Assembly (NCBI GenBank): GCA_023251675.1 | Contig: JAHEYJ010000002.1 | Location: 1 to 56,816, forward strand | Source: Bacteroidota bacterium | GTDB taxonomy: Bacteria > Bacteroidota > Bacteroidia > Palsa-948 | DNA length: 56,816 nucleotides | Direction of reading: 5' to 3' | Part shown: positions 45,510 through 52,091 of the stretch, piece after piece | Position numbering within the stretch: the stretch's first letter is position 1 | Layout: every line of letters begins with the position of its first letter | Program-made: the position numbers and the translations under genes | The notes under the pieces: generated by a model | Databases searched by the model: none | Seen by the model: the letters and a program-made list of their open reading frames with translations, nothing else | What the model was told of the DNA's origin: nothing

Positions 45510-46712
45510 ATGAATACTCAGGATATAAAAAATCGTTTCGGGATCATCGGCAACTCGCCATTGCTTGAAAGAGCAATTGACATTGCCATGCAGGTAGCGC
45601 CCACAGATCTCAGTGTGCTCATCACCGGCGAAAGCGGAACAGGTAAAGAAGTTTTTCCGCAGATCATCCACCACCTGAGCGTCCGCAAGCACGGACAATA
45701 CATTGCCGTTAACTGCGGAGCAATCCCTGCGGGCACCATAGATTCAGAATTGTTCGGGCATGAGAAAGGTTCGTTCACCGGTGCGCACGAGGCGCGTAAA
45801 GGATATTTTGAAGTGGCTAACGGAGGAACTATTTTTCTGGATGAAATAGCTGAACTCCCTATAGAAACGCAAGCGCGTTTATTGCGTGTTCTGGAATCCG
45901 GAGAATACATTCGCGTAGGCTCTTCCAAAGTGCAGAAAACCAACGTGCGCATTGTGGCGGCAACCAACATTAATATTTCGGATGCCATAGCGAAAGGAAA
46001 ATTCCGCGAAGATCTTTATTATCGTTTGAACACAGTTCCCATCCGTATCCCTTCCCTGCGGGAAAGAAAAGAAGATATCACTATGTTATTTCGGAAATTC
46101 GCTGCGGACTTTGCTTCAAAATACAGAATGCCTTCTGTAAAACTGAATGAAGAAGCGGAAAAACTTTTGATCGATTATTACTGGCAGGGAAACGTACGCC
46201 AGCTTAAAAATACTACCGAACAGGTTTCCATCATTGAGAGGAACCGCGAAATCACGGGTGAGGTTCTTCAGAAATATCTCCCTGAAGCAACAACTTCAAA
46301 AGGAATAACTCTTTTTAAAGGAGAAGGCGGTGAATATTCAGAACGTGAACTCCTTTACAAAGTCTTGTTTGATATGCGTAAGGATGTTTCCGATCTGAAG
46401 CGGATCGTTTTCGGAATGCTGCAGGGCAATTCAAGCCTGAATCCGGAATCGCTGGATAATGTTCCGCAGGAAAATACTATTGTCAATGAAAAGCCCATTG
46501 TAAAGATTCATCGTAGTACGGAGCCGGTGGACGGACATATTCAGGAACATGAAGAAGTGCAGGAAAATCTTTCGCTGGAAGAAAATGAAATAGAAATGAT
46601 TAAAAAGGCACTGGAGAAATACAAAGGAAGGCGAAACAAAGCCGCAAAAGAACTTGGAATTTCTGAACGCACTCTTTACAGAAAGATCACTCGGTACGGA
46701 ATTGAAGAGTAA
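45510..46712 (+). CDS. sigma-54-dependent Fis-family transcriptional activator (no receiver domain)
   Basis: Contains GESGTGKE, GSFTGA and a C-terminal HTH (ELGISERTLYRKITRYGI). Confidence 0.88.
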   Translation: MNTQDIKNRFGIIGNSPLLERAIDIAMQVAPTDLSVLITGESGTGKEVFPQIIHHLSVRKHGQYIAVNCGAIPAGTIDSELFGHEKGSFTGAHEARKGYFEVANGGTIFLDEIAELPIETQARLLRVLESGEYIRVGSSKVQKTNVRIVAATNINISDAIAKGKFREDLYYRLNTVPIRIPSLRERKEDITMLFRKFAADFASKYRMPSVKLNEEAEKLLIDYYWQGNVRQLKNTTEQVSIIERNREITGEVLQKYLPEATTSKGITLFKGEGGEYSERELLYKVLFDMRKDVSDLKRIVFGMLQGNSSLNPESLDNVPQENTIVNEKPIVKIHRSTEPVDGHIQEHEEVQENLSLEENEIEMIKKALEKYKGRRNKAAKELGISERTLYRKITRYGIEE

Positions 46713-46726
46713 GTACCACCTAAATC

Positions 46727-46790
46727 CCTGCCTGCCGCTCTGAAGGAGTCCTTCGGACAGGCAGGCTCTCCGCCAGCTGGCGGAAGGACT
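46727..46790. repeat. composite GC-rich nested hairpins between convergent genes
   Basis: cctgcctg...caggcagg encloses gaagga-g-tccttc. The palindrome ccgccagctggcgg lies at 46770-46783. agtccttc/gaaggact is an alternative pairing. Confidence 0.75.
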
Positions 46791-46797
46791 TACAGCA

Positions 46798-47520
46798 CTA
46801 CAACCCTTCTCCTTTGGGGGAGATAGAGGGGGTGAAAAAGTCTTTCAGGTAGAACGGCTCGAAGTAGGCCAGGTTCTCAAATTTTTTCTCATCAAAATAT
46901 TTTTCTGCCAATGGAATCATGAACCGGGCCGAAGGATTTATGCCGTCGATAAAAATTGCATTCGTACTTTTTATTTGTGATTTGCATTTTTCAGCACCAT
47001 CTCCGAAGAAATAGAGTGGAGATGTGAAATGTGAGATGTGAGATTTATTTGAAAGAACTTTTGAAATAAAATTTTCATCCACGATCTCTGCTGAAGCAGG
47101 ACAAATCTCTTTTATATTCTCATCGTACAAAGCACAGTAGACTTCCATTCTTCTGGCATCGATCATCGGACAAAACAGACTTGAGACTTGAGACTTGAGG
47201 CTTGAGACTTGCCCTGCCGCCATTGCTTCCAAAGAACTAATTCCGATCAATGGTTTATCCAATGCATAACACAATCCTTTTGCCGTTGAAACGCCGATCC
47301 GTAATCCCGTAAATGAGCCGGGACCTTTGCTGACAGCAACCGCATCAATATCTTTTAAATGAATTCTTGCCTGACGGCATACTTCTTCAATATACCGCGT
47401 GAGATTTTCAGCGTGGGAGTGTTTTGCGTCGATGGATTCTTTTAATGCGATCAACTTTCCATTCTGCCCGAGTGCAACAGAGCACGATTTTGTGGAGGTT
47501 TCTAAACAGAGAATTGTCAT
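46798..47520 (-). CDS. tsaB: tRNA threonylcarbamoyladenosine biosynthesis protein TsaB
   Basis: MTILCLETSTKSCSVALGQNG and GPGSFTGLRIGVSTAKGL are present. The C-terminal tail SPKGEGL is encoded by a CCTTCTCC/GGGGAGA-type element. Confidence 0.88.
   Translation of the reverse strand: MTILCLETSTKSCSVALGQNGKLIALKESIDAKHSHAENLTRYIEEVCRQARIHLKDIDAVAVSKGPGSFTGLRIGVSTAKGLCYALDKPLIGISSLEAMAAGQVSSLKSQVSSLFCPMIDARRMEVYCALYDENIKEICPASAEIVDENFISKVLSNKSHISHFTSPLYFFGDGAEKCKSQIKSTNAIFIDGINPSARFMIPLAEKYFDEKKFENLAYFEPFYLKDFFTPSISPKGEGL
47015..47042. repeat. heptamer array (atgtgag-like), in frame in tsaB
   Basis: agtggag atgtgaa atgtgag atgtgag. It encodes SHISHFTSP on the minus strand. Confidence 0.7.
47179..47213. 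repeat. heptamer array (acttgag)x5, in frame in tsaB
   Basis: acttgag x3, then gcttgag and acttgcc. It encodes SSLKSQVSSL on the minus strand. Confidence 0.85.
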
Positions 47521-47532
47521 TGACTGGTTACT

Positions 47533-47605
47533 AATAACGAATGGTTACGAATATTACTAATTCGTTCTAACCAATATTCGTAACATTCGTAATGGATTCG
47601 TTATT
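47533..47605. repeat. nested inverted repeats built from ACGAAT/ATTCGT words
   Basis: The inner 12-bp stem is gttacgaatatt (47544-47555) paired with aatattcgtaac (47573-47584). The outer stem is aataacgaat (47533-47542) paired with attcgttatt (47596-47605). Confidence 0.85.
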
Positions 47606-47611
47606 GGTATT

Positions 47612-48988
47612 CTATTCTTTCTTCCAGCTGCCGGCAATATCTGACTTTTCAGACTTTTTTACTTCCATGCCATTCTTAAGAAGTTTTGCGACGGCGTTGT
47701 AAGGGCCATTCACCACTTCATCGCCTTCTTTCAGCCCTTCGATTATTTCAATAGCAAGATTATCCTGGATCCCTGTTCTTACTTTCTGCAAGGTTACTTT
47801 CCCGTCTTTGAAAACAAAAACACATTCCTGGGGTTTTAAATCTTTTGAAGTTTTGGCGGCTTCTATCTTTTCTTTTTTCTCATCCACCACTTTTGCGCCG
47901 TAATCATCCCGGTTCTCTTTCTTTTCATCTTTTGCATTGACGGTGGAATCACTTCTTGTCGTAACGGCCTGAATAGGCAACGAAAGAACATTCGGTGCGC
48001 TCTTCGTATGGATATCAACGGTTGCAGACATGCCCGGGCGGAAAGGAGACATATTCGGATCTTTTGGATCCATCAGATCTTTGTACGATTCCTGAAGGAT
48101 GCGGATCTTCACAGTGAAGTTGGTCACCTGGTCCGCCATTACTCCTGAAGTGTTTGCCGAATTGGCAATTTCAGTTACGATCCCTTTGAACTTTCTGTCA
48201 AGGTAAGCATCCACTTCAATATCGGCAGTGTCATTCATGTGCACGCGTACGATATCGTTTTCATTTACATCCACACTCACTTCCATTTCGTTAAGATTGG
48301 CAAGGGTCATTATTTCAGAACCTTCCATCATGTTGGTTCCCACCACGCGTTCCCCTTTTTCCTTGCTGAGTTTAGAAACCGTTCCGCCCACAGGAGCAAA
48401 AATGGAGGTCTTGTTCAGGTTTTCTACAGCTTCTTTTTGCGATGCCTGCGCGCTGGTCACATTGAACATGGAGGCCTTGATTCCTTCTTCAGCTGATTCC
48501 ACCTGTGCTTTTGCGGATTCATAAGATGCTTTTGCATTATCAAAATCAGCCTGCGAAACAGCGCCCTGGTCAAAAAGTTTTTTGCTTCGGTTGAATGAAG
48601 CCTCTGCGTTTGCGAACTGGGCCTTTACCTGTGAAAGCTGGGCCTTTGCGGTTTCAATGTTCGACTGGGAGGAACTGACAGCCGCACTGGCGCGGTCAAC
48701 CGCCGACTGGTAAATATCCGGTTTGATCTTTACGAGCAGATCTCCTTTGTTGACATGGTCTCCTTCTTTCACCATCATTTCCACGACTTCGCCCGACACA
48801 TCCGAACTGATCTTCAGCTGTACTTCAGGCTGAATTTTTCCGTTTGCGGAAACGGTTTCAATAATTGTTCTGCGCTGAACCTTTTCTACGGTCACTTCGA
48901 CGGCCCCGCTATTGGTACAGCTTTTTATTGCAATAATGGTGAAGAGAATGATTATTCCGCTTCCGATCAATATGAGTGGCTTCTTCAT
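47612..48988 (-). CDS. efflux transporter periplasmic adaptor subunit (HlyD/MFP family)
   Basis: N-terminal TM helix, lipoyl/barrel motifs, and a long coiled-coil rich in A/Q/S/E. Confidence 0.85.
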   Translation of the reverse strand: MKKPLILIGSGIIILFTIIAIKSCTNSGAVEVTVEKVQRRTIIETVSANGKIQPEVQLKISSDVSGEVVEMMVKEGDHVNKGDLLVKIKPDIYQSAVDRASAAVSSSQSNIETAKAQLSQVKAQFANAEASFNRSKKLFDQGAVSQADFDNAKASYESAKAQVESAEEGIKASMFNVTSAQASQKEAVENLNKTSIFAPVGGTVSKLSKEKGERVVGTNMMEGSEIMTLANLNEMEVSVDVNENDIVRVHMNDTADIEVDAYLDRKFKGIVTEIANSANTSGVMADQVTNFTVKIRILQESYKDLMDPKDPNMSPFRPGMSATVDIHTKSAPNVLSLPIQAVTTRSDSTVNAKDEKKENRDDYGAKVVDEKKEKIEAAKTSKDLKPQECVFVFKDGKVTLQKVRTGIQDNLAIEIIEGLKEGDEVVNGPYNAVAKLLKNGMEVKKSEKSDIAGSWKKE

Positions 48989-48990
48989 GT

Positions 48991-49025
48991 ATTTACTTTT
49001 GACTTTTTAATTTTGCCTTTTACCT
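48991..49025. repeat. heptamer array (tttNNct)x5 filling the TolC-adaptor spacer
   Basis: atttact tttgact ttttaat tttgcct tttacct. Confidence 0.7.
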
Positions 49026-50453
49026 TTACAACGTTATTGGTTTTCCCTGGTAAAAATCCAAGACCTTTAGTTTAAAAACATAATCGTATTTCGCCTGGAG
49101 CAGGTCCGATCTTGCTTTTGTGAGTTTATTTTTTGCGTCGTTGTATTCAGTAGTTGTAACTGCTCCCACATTGTATTTTTGCTCCATGTATTTAAAAGAT
49201 TCTTCCATTGCATCAACCGCTTTTCTGGATGCCTGGTATTTTTTCAGAGATGAGCTGGCATCGTTAAATGCCTGCTGAATGGTTTTCCGGAGGTTGTCTT
49301 TCTGCATTTGTAAAGTAAGCGCAGAATTTTCATGATTAATCTTTGCGCGGGTAATGGCCGTGTACGTTTGCAGATTGCTGAACAAAGGAACGGTCAAGTA
49401 AAATCCTACGCTTCGGTTCAGGTTATTATCCGTCTGGGTTTTGAATGGAGTTGTTTCGTAGTTTGTATTATAGGCAGGTTCGTAAACCGTATCACCGGCG
49501 GAAGTGATGCTGCCGTTTGGGATAAACCCGGAAAAGGCCGGTAATCCGACAAGCTGTTTGCTTGCGCCGGAATATCCCGATCCGTAAGAAGCGCTCAGCG
49601 AAAGCCTTGGATAGATTCCTGCTTTTGCAATGGCAATTCCTTTTTCGGAACTTCTGAGTTTGAATTCTGCACTTTTTATTTCAGGCTGATGCGTCACCGC
49701 AGTTTCATAGATCTGCGAGGAAGTTGTATTTAATATGACTTCGGTAGGCATGCTGATCTCCGGGCGCACAATAGAAAATCCCTGAACGGTATCGAGGTTG
49801 AGCATCTGAACCAGGTTCAGTGAAGCGAGGGAAAGATTGTTCTCTGCGTTTACCACACTGAGATCTTCACTTGCCAGTTGCGCCTGGATGTCAAATAGAT
49901 TTCCTTTGGGAAGATTTCCTACGTCCACCAGTTTTTGGGTGCGTTCAACCTGGAGCTTTGTGATCTCAGACTGATTTTGTGCGGAGGCAAGCAGTTCCTG
50001 TGCAAACAGGATCTGGAGATAGGCCGAAGCAATGTTAAGGGATATATCATTCTGCATTTTCAATACATCTTCCCGGCTCGCCAGCAGATCATATTTGCTT
50101 TGTTTGATCGTATTCAGCGTTTGAAATCCTCCAAACAACGTTACGCTGGTACTGAGTGAAAAGTTTGCAGACTGGGTCCAGTCGCCGGTTACAAACTGAT
50201 TGGTGAAAGGATCCACTTTTCTTCCGTTGTTGTACGAATTGGAAATGCTTCCACTGAGACTGGGAAGCATCTGCGCTTTGTTTTGCAAGAGCGTGGCTTC
50301 AGAAAGTTTTTGGTTGAGCAGGTTTTGTTTCACCTGAATATTGTGCTGAAGCGCGTATTCAATGCATTGCTGTAATGACCAGGGTTTGTCTTTCTCCTGG
50401 GAAAACAGGGCGACGGAGGTCAGAAACCAGATTAAAAAAATAAAAATCCTCAT
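49026..50453 (-). CDS. TolC family outer-membrane efflux protein
   Basis: 475 aa. Signal peptide present, then WSLQQCIEYALQHNIQVKQ, followed by a duplicated OEP repeat structure. Confidence 0.88.
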   Translation of the reverse strand: MRIFIFLIWFLTSVALFSQEKDKPWSLQQCIEYALQHNIQVKQNLLNQKLSEATLLQNKAQMLPSLSGSISNSYNNGRKVDPFTNQFVTGDWTQSANFSLSTSVTLFGGFQTLNTIKQSKYDLLASREDVLKMQNDISLNIASAYLQILFAQELLASAQNQSEITKLQVERTQKLVDVGNLPKGNLFDIQAQLASEDLSVVNAENNLSLASLNLVQMLNLDTVQGFSIVRPEISMPTEVILNTTSSQIYETAVTHQPEIKSAEFKLRSSEKGIAIAKAGIYPRLSLSASYGSGYSGASKQLVGLPAFSGFIPNGSITSAGDTVYEPAYNTNYETTPFKTQTDNNLNRSVGFYLTVPLFSNLQTYTAITRAKINHENSALTLQMQKDNLRKTIQQAFNDASSSLKKYQASRKAVDAMEESFKYMEQKYNVGAVTTTEYNDAKNKLTKARSDLLQAKYDYVFKLKVLDFYQGKPITL

Positions 50454-50647
50454 AGCGGTTTTTTACCTGTCTGCCGCAGGCAGGCGGGCGGTAAATATAC
50501 AAAACTTGTTACCTCTTTTTGTGGTGATACTGATCCCGTGGAATTGTCAGTAGATACGTTAAAATATGTTAAAGTGAGAAATATTCCGAGCTTTGGTTCC
50601 GTTATCACCCCGAAATTTTAATTTTTAAACCATTAATACCAAACAAA

Positions 50648-52015
50648 ATGGAAACAACTCCGGAAAAAAACACGCCTTCAGGCCAGGCAGGAAAATCAGG
50701 CGAACGGCTTGCGCTAAAGTCAATTGTCATAGTAGTTTTAATTCTTGTTCTCTGGGGCGCCGTCATGCTGATCCAGGGCCTCATTGATGAACGGCAAAGC
50801 CGCCAGCAGGAAGCCATCAATGAAGTAAGTTCAAAATGGGGCCAGCAGCAAACGCTTTCGGGTCCTGTGCTTACCATTCCTTATATTGAGTATGAAAAAA
50901 ATCCTGACGCTTACAAAGAGCCGAACACGCCGTATCTGAAAACGATCAAGTATGCCCATTTTCTTCCCGAGGCATTGAACATAGACGGAAAACTATTTCC
51001 TGAAAAACGGTACCGCGGTATTTACGAAGTGGTAGTTTATAATTCCGCGCTGAACTTCAGCGGAAAATTTTCTTCTCCCGACTTTGCTTCGCTGAATGTT
51101 CCGAAGGAAAATATCCTTTACGATGATGCATTTGTGTCAGTCGGGATCAATGATCTTCGGGGAATTGAGGAAGAAATTTCTTTGAAATGGAATACGGATA
51201 AAAAATCGATGAATCCCGGAATTGCCTCCAACGACGTTCTTGCCAGCGGGATCAGCACTCCGGTGTCTATTCTGAAAAGTGATACGACAAAGTTATCGTA
51301 TGATTTTTCTTTTAACCTGAAACTGAAAGGTTCCCAGCTATTGTATTTTACCCCGCTGGGGAAAGAAACCAACATTCAGCTTTCTGCAGGATGGAATACA
51401 CCCAGTTTTGACGGCGCGTTTCTTCCCGATAAACGATCGGTATCCGACAGCAGTTTCACTGCCAGCTGGAAAGTGCTGCACCTGAACAGAAATTACCCGC
51501 AGTCGTGGAAGGGCAGTGCGTACGACATCGGCACTTCTGCTTTTGGCGTGAACCTGATCACCCCGGTTGACAATTACCAGAAAAGCACACGCACCGTAAA
51601 ATACGCCATCATGATCATCATGCTTACGTTCGTTGTGATCTTCTTCATTGAGATCCTGAACCAGCGGATGATACACCCGTTCCAATATATTCTGATCGGG
51701 CTTGGGCTTTGTATCTTTTATTCGCTGCTCATCGCTATTTCAGAACATACCAGTTTCAATTTCTCTTACCTTATTTCATGCATGGCAACCATCATTCTGA
51801 TTTCAGCTTATGCGAAAAGTGTATTCAAAGACAATAAACTGGTGGGCCTCGTGGCAGGAGTCCTATCCATATTGCATGGATATATTTTTTCGTTAATACA
51901 GCTGGAAGATTATGCCCTTCTGATGGGAAGCATTGGTTTGTTTATCGTTCTTGCACTGATGATGTATTACTCCCGTAAAATTGATTGGTACAACCTGAAC
52001 CGGCCAAGGAGTTAA
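50648..52015 (+). CDS. creD: cell envelope integrity protein CreD
   Basis: 455 aa. Contains LIDERQSRQQEA..EVSSKWGQQQ and a C-terminal cluster of TM helices. Confidence 0.85.
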   Translation: METTPEKNTPSGQAGKSGERLALKSIVIVVLILVLWGAVMLIQGLIDERQSRQQEAINEVSSKWGQQQTLSGPVLTIPYIEYEKNPDAYKEPNTPYLKTIKYAHFLPEALNIDGKLFPEKRYRGIYEVVVYNSALNFSGKFSSPDFASLNVPKENILYDDAFVSVGINDLRGIEEEISLKWNTDKKSMNPGIASNDVLASGISTPVSILKSDTTKLSYDFSFNLKLKGSQLLYFTPLGKETNIQLSAGWNTPSFDGAFLPDKRSVSDSSFTASWKVLHLNRNYPQSWKGSAYDIGTSAFGVNLITPVDNYQKSTRTVKYAIMIIMLTFVVIFFIEILNQRMIHPFQYILIGLGLCIFYSLLIAISEHTSFNFSYLISCMATIILISAYAKSVFKDNKLVGLVAGVLSILHGYIFSLIQLEDYALLMGSIGLFIVLALMMYYSRKIDWYNLNRPRS

Positions 52016-52040
52016 GAATGTTTTCACACTCAGCTCAAAA

Positions 52041-52075
52041 AAAATCCCCCGACAATAAAATTGAAGGGGGATTTT
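52041..52075. terminator. bidirectional terminator
   Basis: aaaatccccc ... gggggatttt, with A-runs and T-runs on both sides. Confidence 0.8.
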
Positions 52076-52091
52076 AATTTTTTATGAATTA

